From contig OZ024745.1 of assembly GCA_964016885.1 (NCBI GenBank), positions 86,056,001-86,120,000 on the forward strand: 64,000 bases of DNA, given 5' to 3'. This stretch comes from Eledone cirrhosa (Eukaryota). The notes beneath the pieces were generated by a model that saw only the letters and a list, made by a program, of their open reading frames with translations, ran no database searches and was not told the DNA's origin. The translations under genes were made by a program, and so were the position numbers. This document shows positions 16,871 through 29,357 of the stretch, piece by piece; within the stretch, counting starts at the first letter, position 1; the number at the start of each line of letters is the position of its first letter.

Positions 16871-17846
16871 ATCACACTTTTCCTGTTTATCCTGTTAACA
16901 ATATTTGTCTACTCATGTAAAATAAAAACTAACTTCTGATATCACTACCATTGTTGCAGAATACAATACCAATTTAGTACAAAATAAAAATGATGCATTT
17001 GGCTTAGGGAGCTCTTTACATTTGTTGAAGAGAGTAAGAACATATTTCAATGCATTCTCTTGGCTGAATAGTCAAATAATAGCTAATTGCTACCTTGTTG
17101 ATTGGCATGTTTGAAGTATTACTGCTAACATCATTGAACTCGTGTAAAAGTTATTTATTCAACCTTATAGATGTAGGTAATGCATGCACATGTAAAATAA
17201 GGCATATAAAATATATATATACTATAGAAATGGCTTTTCCTAGTCCTGTAGAAGCCATTTCTATATTAAACATGATGTTTGCACTCTACTAATGTATTCT
17301 GTACCTACTGTGGTTACTCCCGGTTGAACCCAGAACACACACACACAAATATATTCTAAGTAGCGGGTTATAGGAAATATATTCGCTATAATCCTGTTTG
17401 CTCACATTACTCACTCAGTGAGGTATGATTTGAACACATAAGCAAACGAACCTACCTCAGTGTGCTAACAAAATGTACATCTGTAATGGAGCGGTCACAC
17501 ATGGTAATATATATATAATCATTATCATCATTTAATGTCCACCTTCCCTGCTAGCAAAGGTTATATGGGTCTATATAGACCAAGTCAGTACTGAAGCTGG
17601 GCTATTGATCTTCCAGATAGGTTGAGGAATCTACTTCTGGCTTATGTATGGTCAAGTGCTGAGGAGAAGTCAGATCTTTTGACACAAACTAAAGGGTCCT
17701 CCCAACCCCTTATATAATTTTTATATACACTCATACACTCTTCCATATTCTATTGTAGGATAGCCTTCCTGAGGCCAAACCATACATTATTTTTAAGAAC
17801 AATACTTATTCCATTTGATCCTCATCAAATCACTAAGCTGTGGAAC

Positions 17847-18033
17847 ATAATTGTTTCTACTTTTAGGCACAAAGCCAGCAATTACCCAGTGCATTACTGG
17901 TACTTTATTTTATTGACCCCGTAAGGATGGAAGGCAAAGTTAACCTCGGCGGGATTTGAACTCAGAATGGCAAGGGCCGTAACTCTATGCGTCAAAGCAT
18001 GGCGTCCGACCCTCTATCGATACTGCCAATCCA
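17847..18033 (-). mobile_element. tRNA-derived SINE with Nin/Deu-like core
   Basis: B-box GAGTTCAAATCC and core resembling GCCTTTCATCCTTACGGGGTCGATAAA; nearly identical to 52116-52296. Confidence 0.88.
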
Positions 18034-18382
18034 GTTATTTCTAGCTGGTGGATTGACTCTGCAGAAGTTCCCTCGTTGGCCCAATGCATGAGGTTTGTCA
18101 AAAAGAATCCAACCTTCAGCTGGGAAAAAAGTATTATACTTCAAATTGAACTCCACCTCCACAACCCTCTCAGGAATAAGTGGGTAAAGATGATCTGATT
18201 TTTTTGTGGTTTAGCATATATTTTTCTTTGCTAACACTGATTAGATATAATTATAACTATAATTTTATGAATTCTTATTCTATAATATTTTCTCTATAAA
18301 TCTTGTCCTGCCAGAAAATAACTTTTGTTTTAAGTGAAGCTCTTCACTGGAGTCCAACCTGAATTATTAGCATTTTCTTTAC

Positions 18383-18596
18383 AGGGCAGTGGATTGGCAG
18401 TATCGGTAGAGCATCAGACAACAGCTTTGCAGCATAGTTATGTCGCTTTACATTTTAAGTCAAAATCCTGCTGAGGTTAGCTTTGCTTTTCATCCTTATG
18501 GGGTTGATAAAATAATGTACCAGTAATGCACTGGGGTCGATTTAATTGACTTTCTCTTCCTCTCAAATTGTTAATCTTGTGCCTAAATCAGAAACC
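18383..18596 (+). mobile_element. tRNA-derived SINE with Nin/Deu-like core
   Basis: GGATTGGCAGTATCGGTAGA head, TTTCATCCTTATGGGGTTGATAAA core, TGTGCCTAAATCAGAAAC tail. Confidence 0.85.
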
Positions 18597-18821
18597 ATTC
18601 TCTTTCTAGCACATGGACTTATTTTAATTTGGAGAAACTTGATGAAATACAGGCCACTACTAATCTCTTTAAACTTTAGTTTAAGTTGTTGTTTGAGTCT
18701 AGGTCAGTCCTGGTGAAACATACTCATCAAATGTATTCTAGCTTTTACCATACTGTTTAAAAATTAGACAGTGTATTTACATACTACTCTCCTATTCTCT
18801 TAGGAAAAGATAACCATCTAG

Positions 18822-19015
18822 TTCCACATTTATTGGTATATAACAAGCATTGGTGTATAACACACACCCTAATTTGGAGAAAGAAGGTTAAGTGAAAAAC
18901 AAAATTAAATATATAAAGATATATAAAAAGGGTAGTACACACGTATAATACAGGTAGATTTTAGGCCCTGAATTTTAGAAAAAAATGTGCATGGTATATT
19001 CTGATAAATACAGTA
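18822..19015. mobile_element. Degenerate pogo/Tigger-like MITE
   Basis: Degenerate TIRs (..ATTTATTGGTATATAAC / GGTATATTCTGATAAATACAGTA) with internal GTATAA repeats. Confidence 0.45.
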
Positions 19016-19405
19016 CTTAAATGATATTTTACTGGAGTGAGTTCGGTTTCAGTGTCTGTTTTGCTTTGAATGTCTGTTTAAATAGAAATCTTGCTAATCA
19101 GATAGCCTATTTATGAGAGAGAGATATATGAAGGTTGGTTAATGAGGTTATGATAAAAAGCTAAAAAGCTTCACAAACATTCACACCTGATACTATTTAA
19201 ATTGCACTGACTGAGGCTGTCTGTCAGGTTGTGTACAGAAACCTGTTTCTAGCATTCTGAAAGTATGACATATCCCTATAGTGTTATTAGATACACACCT
19301 ACACCTTTTTTTGATACACATGCACACACACACACACACACAACACACACAACACACACACAAAACAACGTCACAGTCTAATTCTGGTTGGTTTTCTCAT
19401 TCATT

Positions 19406-19614
19406 ATAAGGTTTCTACATTTCGCACAAAGCCAGCAATTTGAAGGGGAGGGAAAAGTCGATTAAATCGACCCCATTGCGTTACTGGTACTTTTTATTGA
19501 CTCCTTAAGGATGAAAGGCAAAGCTAACCTTGGCGAGATTTGAAATCAGAATGTAAAGGGACGTAACTCTATGCTGCGAAGCATGGTGTCTGATGCTCTA
19601 CAGATACTGCCAAT
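19406..19614 (-). mobile_element. Nin-core SINE
   Basis: Same head, core and tail as other copies, in reverse orientation. Confidence 0.85.
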
Positions 19615-20089
19615 ATGACTAATTTGAATGTTCCCCTGAATTTTATCAACAAATTTTTATAAAACCTGGAATAAGTCATCTGTACTAATTAATTTAGGCC
19701 TGCTTCTATTTAAGCTTGTGTAACAGAGATGTTGATATTATCTAAGCTTCGGTGCAACACACACAAGGTTAACAGCATTCAATAGAATGATTCAATATTT
19801 TGTTCAATAAAATGTAACTTTGTATTCTATAAATACACTTCAATTCTATTATTTAGCCTTTGTAAAAGGTAAACTCCATAATGAATATTGAACTAAATGA
19901 TACTTTGATTTTTTTTTTATCTTACCAGAGATATTTTAACCCTTTAAATACCAACCTGTCCAAAACTGCCTCCATTAAAGTGTTCATATTTATATTTAAA
20001 CCTTCAACTGAAATCTTATTACATACCAGAAAACATTGGATTTCAATTGTTAAATATTTGTCTTTTGTTATTAAATTGAAAGTTGATTT

Positions 20090-20218
20090 CAAATCCTGCC
20101 AAGGTTAGCTTTGCCTTTCATCCTTACGGGATTGATAAAATAAAGTACCAGTAATGCCTTGGGGTCGATTTAATCGACTTTCCCCAAATTGCTGGCCTTG
20201 TGCCTAGAGTAGAAATCG
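20090..20218 (+). mobile_element. Nin-core SINE (5'-truncated)
   Basis: GCTTTGCCTTTCATCCTTACGGG core plus tail. Confidence 0.8.
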
Positions 20219-20403
20219 TTAGTAAGTTGAAAGTTTAGCTATTTCACTAAACCTTTCATAATTTGTTTGCATACAAGTCTATTTTGGCCAAGTTTCTTTC
20301 CTCAATATACAAAAACCAGCATAATTTACTGAATATATTTTGGTTATTTTCTTTAGCTCTAACTCTCGTTATTTCGATTAGTTTTCTCATTTCTACACAT
20401 TCC

Positions 20404-20556
20404 AATATTTATTTTTATGATCAAGATGCCAGATTCCTTGCCATACTACTTGATAAGAAATTCAAATCTTATTTTTGTCTAATATTTATTTTTATGATCA
20501 AGATGCCAGATTACTTACCATACTATATGATCATAGGCTCAAATCTTATTTTTGTC
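20404..20556. repeat. ~76-bp tandem duplication
   Basis: AATATTTATTTTT(T)ATGATCAAGATGCCAGATT occurs twice. Confidence 0.8.
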
Positions 20557-20723
20557 ATTATGTCTCTGGGTAAAACCTTTAACTCAGACTAAACATAAAG
20601 TAGGTTATGATAGAATGGATATCCAACTGTAAATATAAAACAATTGTTCTAAATTTTCTTCTCTATACATGGAAAAATATATCTAAAATAGGAATATCTC
20701 AACTGATTATAAAAATTGTCACT

Positions 20724-21164
20724 TTAACCATTTCTATACCAAATCACCTGAAACCACCTTTGGTTCTATGATACAAAACTGCTTATTTTAAAGAGTTGAT
20801 ATATGTAAAACTTCCATCGTAATTCTATGTAAATTATACTCCTAAAGCAACTTAATAATGTTTACTATTTTAGGCACAAGGCCAGTCATTTTTTTTTGGG
20901 GGGGGGGTGATTTAATCGACCACAGTGCATTGCTGGTACTTTATTTTATTGACCCCATAAGGATGAAAAGCAAAGCTAACCTCAGCGAGATTTGAACTCG
21001 GGACGTAACTCTGTGCCACGAAGCATGTTGTCTGACACTCTTACCGATACTGCCAATCCACCACCCTAAAGCAACTTAATGAGGTTATTTTACTAAATCC
21101 TTTCAAAATCATTATTTTCAAAATTACGTGAAAATCATAGGCAGTGTAGTAACAAAAGGGTTGA
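20724..21164 (+). mobile_element. piggyBac-type MITE interrupted by a Nin-core SINE (20857-21064, -)
   Basis: SINE flanked by the 16-bp TSD CCTAAAGCAACTTAAT (20841-20856, 21065-21080). Confidence 0.85.
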
Positions 21165-21419
21165 TTAGTAATCATTGTATCACCTTGTATATCAAGTAAA
21201 GCTTAGTACTATTGCTCAAATAAATTATGTATCCTTGTGCTGTGACATTTCTATTTGAAGACTGACTGTACAAGTTCCTTGTTTCAGTCTCTCAGAACCA
21301 TTAAAATGTTAATCTTGTTTGTACATTTAATAACTAGTATGAATCACATATATTTGAATTTTTAATGAATAGCCCTTTTCTCATGTCAGAAATAGATGTT
21401 TGACTTGAATTACTGCAGC

Positions 21420-21560
21420 ACTATTTTCAAACATTAGCTTTAACTATAGTAGATTGGTGTTGACTTCTATTAATACAGCTCTATCTTCAAACATTAGCTC
21501 TAACTATAGTAGATTAGTGTTAACTTCTATTACTATGGTTCTATCTTCAAACATTAGCTA
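21420..21560. repeat. 60-bp tandem repeat (~2.3 copies)
   Basis: CTATYTTCAAACATTAGCT at 21421, 21481 and 21541. Confidence 0.85.
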
Positions 21561-21835
21561 ATAATTTTTAAAATGTCAATTTTATTTCGATATTCAAATT
21601 AAAATTTGTTATATTTGGGAATGTCACGTTGCCAATATTGCAAATAGAAAGCGAAACATGCATTATATGATTTTCACTTTATCTTTGTTTGTTATTCAAA
21701 TACACAAATTAAAACAGTTGTCCATGTTAGCATGAATGTGGGATAGGTATTGTTAATTTGAACATTTCAATACTTTTGAAGCAATCTTTTTTGCAAATAG
21801 ATGCCTTTTTCACCACTAACTGTTCAACAATAAAG

Positions 21836-21915
21836 TACTCACAGGTCCCAAATAATAGGAGGTCCTGAAATAAGGGGGGAAGGGTGGAATAAGAATTATT
21901 TGAGACCTGGAAGTA
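21836..21915. mobile_element. 80-bp Tc1/mariner(pogo)-like mini-MITE
   Basis: TACTCACAGGTCCCAAATAAT / ATTATTTGAGACCTGGAAGTA termini; related to 28907-29321. Confidence 0.6.
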
Positions 21916-22019
21916 GATTTCTTATTCACCACTAACAGTCTAACAATGAATTTAGTAGTAGTGCTAGTTTCTTATGTAATGATCTCCACTATTTAGAAAT
22001 ATCCTACATAATAGATAAC

Positions 22020-24150
22020 TTTCTTTTTATTTGCCACCAGGGCAACAAAAAGTACAATGGGGGGGGGGAGTTTACATGAAAAGGCGTCCTCAATAAGGAG
22101 GCAATAACAAAGTATAAAAATAAAATAAAATATAACAAAATAAATTTTATAACAAAATCCTCAATAGGGAAGAGGCGCCTTGGGGGGTCGCACACACCCC
22201 CGAAAAAAGTGTGCAACCCTTCTCCTCAGGAGTACAGAGAGGGGGTGCTCTCTTGATCTTTCATCTTCCTCACCTATAGTCTGATGTAGAGTGAAGGCCC
22301 ATTCACATGGGCCATTCTCGCCACTTTCACCCATCTTTCATCAAAACGGCTGGGGTGCAGCACCTCTCTCTCCATCCTGATCCTTCTTCCGAAATGATAT
22401 CGGAAGAAACGGACCAGTTGTTGGCCAGAGAGAAAGGTGTCTGACCTCAGTCCTTTCAGACGCGTCCACCATACAACCTCTTTCGCCATGGCTATTACGC
22501 ACAGAAACACCGCCTCTCCTTCGTTTTTGAAGAGGGGAGGCGGCTTGATCGTTACAATAGACTTGGTGGTCAACCGGATTGGTCCCACCCTTGACAGCAG
22601 TTGTTCGACATAGCCCCACAGATCGGCAATGCCTGAGCAGTGTACCAATGCGTGTGCAACGGTTTCCTCGTCGCACACGCATCTGGGACAGATCTTTTTC
22701 GAGGGGTCCCTCCCCGGGCGCCCGTGTCTGTAGAGCCTTTCTCGAACGGGCAGAGCCCCTCGGTAGCACTGCCAGGCCAGGGACCTCTGGAAGTTATCCA
22801 TGTCCCGGGCTGAATGTCCTACCGAACAGGTTGGCCAGTTCGTCTTCCTCCATGCCTAGGGCTTCTCCGAGGGCGTCGTCGCACCTGCTAACCACCAGCC
22901 CTCTATAGAATGATGAGGTGGATTCTCCACTGACAGCCGGGTCCGCCTGCCAGAGAGCCGTAAGCGCCTGGGCACACTCGGTGTGCCAGGCGCCCAGTTT
23001 TCTCGGTCTTTGCTTGACCCAGGATTGCAGCTCGGTGAGTGAGACGAGTCTGGGAAAGGCTCGCCTCACAAATGGAGCCCACACCGGTTGACCGGTGAGG
23101 AATACCCGGAGGTGCCATAGCCTTAATGCGTGTTTATGTATCATTAGCCACGGCACACCAGCCCTCCTTTCGAAGGGTGTTGACAGCAGATGGATCTCCT
23201 CACCATAGGAGCCCGCTTCTTCCAAAGGAATTGGAAGAGTGCACGCTCCATTTTGGCGAGCGTTTCCCTTGGGCAAGGCACAATGGTCAGGCAGTAGTAG
23301 ATGACGGACGCTATATAAGTGTTCGCCACCTCCGCCCGACCTTTCAGGGACAGTTTGCACTCAGCCCACTTCTGGGTCAGTGCAAACACCCTGTTCGTTA
23401 CCTCACCCCAGTTCTTCTCCACTTGGAGGTCTGGTCCGAACCAGACCCTGAGCAACTTCACCGGGCCCTCCGTCCAGCGCCCGACGACACCATCGGAGGG
23501 CATCGATCTGCCCCTCCACATGCCGAGTTGCAGACCGATCGACTTGTCCCGGTTCAGCTTAGCCCCTGTAAACCTTTCGTACTCCTCCAGTAAGGTGCCG
23601 ATCGCCCCGATTTCAGAGGCCATCGACACCATTACTGTTACATCATCGGCGTAGGCCGACACCGCTTTCCGCAATCCCGGTTCCAACGGGATGCCCTGCA
23701 ACAACTCCAACTTCCGCAGCAGTGGCTCTAGAGTCATTACATACAGAAGGGAGGATAGAGGGCACCCTTGTCGGATGAACCGCGCGATTTCGAACGGCTC
23801 CGAGAGGTAGCCATTCACCTTGACCCTAGAGCAGATGCGGCTGCTGTGCATGGCATTGATCCAGCCCCTGAAAACGGGTCCGAAGCCTGCCGCCGCTAGC
23901 ACCGCATCCAGGTAACCATGGTCGACCCTATCGAATGCCTTAGATTGATCAAAGTTGATCAGGGCCCCACCAAAGCCAGGTTTGTTCCCAACCCTCTCTA
24001 TGATGTATCGCATGAGGTGGAGGTTGTCGTGGATGGACCTGGACGGGATAGCACATGTCTGCGCATCTCCCACCAGGTTGCCCACGACAAGCGCCAACCT
24101 CTTTGCTAGCACCTTGGCCAAAATCTGTAACTCTGTATTTAGCAGAGTTA
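22020..24150 (-). mobile_element. 5'-truncated Tx1/L1-clade LINE (RT + C-terminal zinc knuckle), frameshifted
   Basis: ILAKVLAKRL, FDQSKAFDRVDH, RQGCPLS, AYADD, LSLKGR; CPRCVCDEETVAHALVHC; AATAAA and an A-rich end near 22020. Confidence 0.92.
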
Positions 24151-24687
24151 AGATAGCTAAGTAGTTTGTTCACTGTACTGTAGTAGACCGTGACATTTGA
24201 AACATGATCAAGATCACCTTGATATCAAATGTTTAAAAATTGGTTAAACCAGTTACTGCAAGACTGGTTTAGTTATTAATGACTGGATAAATGATATCTG
24301 GATAAATGATAAATGATAATCTATATGACTAGTTGATGTTAGGTTGACACAACATACATTATGTTAGACAGCTGAAATATATATATATTTTTTTAGCCTA
24401 TGGTGATTACATGGAAACTATATACTGATACAAGAAACAAAACATCCTTCATTTCTTAACTAAATTATCCCTATCCTGAAAGATAATTTAGTTAACAAAT
24501 TAGACAAAATTGCAAATAATTGGATGTTGTATACAATTAAATATTGATAATAGCAATATAACTAACAAAAAGAAGTATTTCTGTTTATTTTCACTTAATA
24601 AATGATAATCTTTCACCAATTTTATCTGCTAGTACTGTCATATACACTCCTGAAACCTGTAAAATTAGTTATTTACTTTTGTTTCTA

Positions 24688-24975
24688 AGGTGGCGAATTG
24701 GCAGTCATTAAGACGTTGGATAGAATGCTTTACGGTATTCGTCCCACCTCTTTGTACACTCGGAGTTCAAATCCCGCCGTGGTCAACTTTGCCTTTCATC
24801 CTTTCAAGGTCGATAAAAAAAAAAGTACCAGTTCAGTACTGGGGTCAATTCTTCCTCTATAGAAAAAATTGGCTGTGTTCAGACCTGGAGAGAGTTGGGC
24901 TTCGCCATGTTTAAATGCGTCCTAAACACACCATATGACAGTGTCTCTACAACTCCATAAGGAGTTACGGGATCT
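24688..24975 (+). mobile_element. Nin-core SINE, alternative-tail subfamily
   Basis: tRNA head and Nin core, then a CAGACCTGGA...GGAGTTACG tail shared with 36084-36390. Confidence 0.75.
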
Positions 24976-27145
24976 TTATCCTTTTATTTCTATTGGAATT
25001 AAATTAACATTCTGGAGAATGTCTGAGGTATTGTCAGTGAGGAAAACTCTTAGACATTTGGTGCTGCTGACGATGATTTGGTGAGTTGCTGATTAAACCT
25101 GGTTTGAGCCAGTGTTGATATCATCTGCTTCATTTGTTGCATACAATCAATTTGACATGAAGTTTTGTACCAACACATTCTAACCTCTGGCCAATAGATG
25201 TGCTGTCTTCTCACTTTCTCTCTGTCTTCTATTATTAGTGACCACCGCTTCATGGAACTTGTTGATCTTGTCAATTCTGATCACAGATTATTGACTTGCT
25301 TGTCTCTTCTGTTTGTCACCTATTTGGGATCACCCATAAGCCCTTCGCTAACCACACCAGAATATCACCCTCATGGCACAAAACCAGCAAACTCTGAGGA
25401 ACAGAGTTCATTGTAGTATCAGTAAAGGCATAGTGAGAATACAGCATGCTTGTCGGATAGGGGTTGGAACATGTTTTCAAGAAACTTTAATCTATAAATT
25501 TGCCTGTAAATTTATATGAAAAACATTTTTTTTTTTTTTTTTTTTTTGAGCAGAAAGAACTGACACTCACTGACAAGATGAAAGGTTTTTATGCAACATT
25601 AAATTTTTTTGAATAGGTTGCGAATTGGTAGAGTCATGAGAATATCAGATAAAATGCTTTGCAGTATTCATTCCAGCTCTTTATGCTCTGAGTTCAAATT
25701 CCGCTGAGGTCAACTTTGTCTCTAATACCTATCCAGTACTAGGGTTGATTCTTCCTTTTTCTCACTTCTTCTCTATCACTTTGGAAGCACCGAGAGATTG
25801 AGTTTTTAAGCTCTTTATAAACAACCAACTGTATTTACAATTATTTTTCTATGTCTGGGTTCTCCTATGTTATCTATGAAACTCATAATCTCTGTGCTTC
25901 AAAAGTTCAACCTTTGCATACGATGTTGTTTACATTTTCAAAGCTGTTTGATTTAGTCTCTAATTTAGATGGAGATCATTGTCAATAGCAGTTTAGTTCA
26001 ATGGTCAGAATTCAGCCAGTATCTAAAAGATACATAGTTTGATTCTTCATAGCGTCGGCTGACCACATTTTTCTCTCTATAAAGGTTCTTTATCTGATTT
26101 TCTAAGCTATTTATAAGAACCAATTGTATTTAGTTATTTTTCTGAATTTGAGTTTTCCTACATTTTCTGTTAAAATCATAATCTCTGTGTGTGCTTTGAA
26201 AGTTCAAATCTTCAATATTTTCAACAACCCGAGGAAAACTAACTAAAGTTTGTCTCTTTGATGCAATTTATTCTATTGAGATTTATTTAAACCCGAAATA
26301 ATATACAATACTCTGTAACATTTTGTGTTAAATATAGTTAAAATTAGCTTTATCATAGTTCTTAATCATCAATTCTGTAGTTTAGCAAGTCATTAGAGCT
26401 CCACTGCAAAGTTTTGCCCTAACAGCAATTTTTGCCCTTCCCAGATTTTCCATGTCACATGACAGTTACAAGGCTTATGTTAATTTTGGGTGTTTCCTTT
26501 TCATTTATTTGTAGTTTTGCAAATGTACTGTCTCTTTATCAGATGACTGTCTCTTTATCAGATGACAGTCTCTTTACTACAGATTTTCATAAATCATTGA
26601 AATAATTATTTTTAAAAATGTTTTAAAATGTAGATTGTTTCTTGCTTGATCAATTGTATGAAGTTTGTATATAGGTGTAGTGTACAAGAGAGAAGACTGC
26701 TAGTTTGGACATGTTATGCATGTGGATGAGGAATGCCAGTGATGCCAGTAGCAGGTGAATCTAGTAGGGGAAGACTAAGAAAAAATCCTGAGCAGAGGAG
26801 ATGATAAAGGAATGCTGTGAATGGAGGGAGGTAGTGTTGGAAAGGACCCATCCAACCCATGAAGACATAGAAAGTTGCAACTAGATGCAACTTCACATTT
26901 TCATATTGATTGAAATGTGGATCTTTTGTATATTGCCAAAAAAAAAATTTTTTTTTTCTCCTTTTGCACCTTTATGCTATTTAGCAAATCATATTAAAAA
27001 CCCCTGAAATAAAGAAACAAAATTTATAAACCAGAGTTGTAGTTTATTTTACTTTATAGTATCACAATGGTAATGGTTATTTATTGATTTCAAAAACAAA
27101 ATACCAAAACTATCCACTTCAAAATAGCATCTATTGTTGTCTTAT

Positions 27146-27147
<2 letters not shown>

Positions 27148-27189
<42 letters not shown>

Positions 27190-27855
27190 GGTTGATGTTC
27201 TCTATCCTTCACTTACTGCTTCCATCACCTCTCTCCTCTCTCTCTCCCCATCTCTCTCTCTCCTCTCTCTCTCCCCATCTCTCTCTCTCCCCATCTCTCT
27301 CTCTCCCCATCTCTCTCTCTCCCCATCTCTCTCTCTCCCCATCTCTCTCTCTCCCCATCTCTCTCTCTCCCCATTTCTCTCTCTCTCCCCATTTCTCTCT
27401 CTCTCCCCATTTCTCTCTCTCTCCCCGTCTCCTCTCTCTCTCCCCGTCTCCTCTCTCTCTCCCCGTCTCCTCTCTCTCTCTCCCCGTCTCCTCTCTCTCT
27501 CTCCCCGTCTCCTCTCTCTCTCTCCCCGTCTCCTCTCTCTCTCTCCCCGTCTCCTCTCTCTCTCTCCCCGTCTCCTCTCTCTCTCTCCCCGTCTGCTCTC
27601 TCTCCCCGTCTGCTCTCTCTCCCCGTCTCCTCTCTCTCTCTCCCTCCCCGTCTCCTCTCTCTCTCTCCCTCCCCGTCTCCCCGTCTCCTCTCTCTCCCCG
27701 TCTCCTCTCTCTCTCTCTCCCTGTCTCCTCTCTCTCTCTCTCCCTCCCCGTCTCCCCCCTCTCTCTCTCTCCATCCCCTCTCTCTCTCTACCCATCTCCT
27801 TTCTCTCCATCTCCTCTCTTGCTCTCTCTGTCTCCTCTCACTCTCCCCATCTCTC
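27148..27855. repeat. (GT)n followed by a ~630-bp polypyrimidine (CT/CCCC) minisatellite
   Basis: Units such as CTCTCTCTCTCCCCGTCTC and CTCTCTCTCCCCAT. Confidence 0.97.
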
Positions 27856-28210
27856 ACTATCATAAGCAAATGGAAGCCCAAGCGCTGGCTACCTCGTGAC
27901 CGCAGCAGACAAGTTTTAATTAACCATGGCATTCACTGGCATTCACTTATTTCACGTTGCTCCAGTTTACTCGGCTGTAGAAATGAGATGATAGGACTGG
28001 GGTCCCTAACATTAAACTACCCAAGATATACCTTGGAGGAGGCCAGCTAAACCTGCATAGGTGTGAGCTGTCACACACATTCACTGGATAGGTTTGCTGC
28101 TGTGCAACACACAGCAGGAATAAAAATTAGCTGTAAAGACTGAAACACTCTTTTTTAAAAAGTCAGTTTTATTTTCATTGGGTCAAAAGGATAAATTTAT
28201 CATATATTTC

Positions 28211-28418
28211 TTAATTCTTTAGCATTTAAACTGGCCATATCTGGCCAGAATTCTCTCACCTCTTTCTGTTTAAAGCGGCCATAACCGGCTGCTCATACTG
28301 ATGTTAAGGTATTGTTCTCAAAATAAATGATATCAAAATCTCAGATTCAATATTATGTGAGATAAAGACTTTACCACAAAAATACAATTGTAAATACAGA
28401 GTAATGTTAAAGGGTTAA
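28211..28418 (+). mobile_element. piggyBac-type MITE family B
   Basis: TTAA..CTTTAGCATT / AATGTTAAAGGG-TTAA; homologous to the copies at 39683, 40769 and 47729. Confidence 0.85.
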
Positions 28419-28654
28419 AGATAAGTTATTAGCTGGTGGTTTTTAGTTGATTTTTAATTTAAGAGAAATTTTGAATAAATTTTTATTAATGCTGAAAAAT
28501 AAATAAACCTGGATCTGGAAAGAATACATACAATGGCAGTGCCCCAGCATGGTCTCAGCCTGTCGTTTGGACATGTAATAGTCATTGAATAATATCCTTC
28601 ATTTTTCTCTAACATTTATCTGGAATTTTAGGAACCTAGTCAAGAGTTATATAG

Positions 28655-28785
28655 CTCTTTACGTTCTGAGTTCAAATCCTGCCGAGGTGAGCTTTGCCTT
28701 TCATCCTTACAGGGTTGATAAAATAAAGCACCAGTAATACACTGGGGTAATTGCTGGCTTTGTGCCAAAAGTAGAAACAATTATT
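28655..28785 (+). mobile_element. Nin-core SINE (5'-truncated)
   Basis: B-box, core and tail. Confidence 0.8.
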
Positions 28786-28906
28786 AATATTTTTTTATTC
28801 TGTTATTTTATATTTTATAGATACATTTTGTTTTTGTGTATAAAATGTTTCATAAACATAAAAAAAATTATTATAAAAACGAAACGAAATGTGATGATTA
28901 TATAAT

Positions 28907-29321
28907 TACTCTCAGGTCTCGAATAACCAGCACCCCACCCTTTATTAATTTTTCAGAGTTTTTTCACCACCCAACCACTCTTATTCCAACCCTCACTTAT
29001 TAAATTTACCTAATCTAACTCTGGTGAAATTTTATTTTAAGTGGTAGAATTCCTGCGACAACAAAATTTTCTTTATACATTAAAAAACATTATACATGAC
29101 AAGAAAAAATACGACATTACTAATCTCATATGTTATAAAATAAATAGGATGGGTTGGGGGTCTCAATATGTAAACTAAACTAATTCTGGTTTATAAAAAA
29201 ATCAATGGAGACAACCTAGAAAAATTACTAATCCCTCCCCCCAACTTGTTCCAACACCCCCACTTATTCCACCGCCAACCCTGCTTATTCCACCCCACCT
29301 ATTATTTGGGACCCAAAGGTA
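28907..29321. mobile_element. Tc1/mariner(pogo)-like MITE
   Basis: Imperfect TIRs TACTCTCAGGTCTCGAATAA / TTATTTGGGACCCAAAGGTA with subterminal CTTATTCCA repeats. Confidence 0.6.
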
Positions 29322-29357
29322 TATAAATTTATATATGTATACATATTATATTATAAA

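Noticed and set aside
24456-24495. 14-bp perfect inverted repeat TTAACTAAATTATC/GATAATTTAGTTAA
   Set aside because: Short, AT-rich and isolated, with no supporting context.
25988-26070. tRNA-like sequence with A/B boxes
   Set aside because: No convincing cloverleaf; more likely a decayed SINE head.
27084-27932. SLSP- and ERG-rich ORFs
   Set aside because: Translations of the CT-rich minisatellite.
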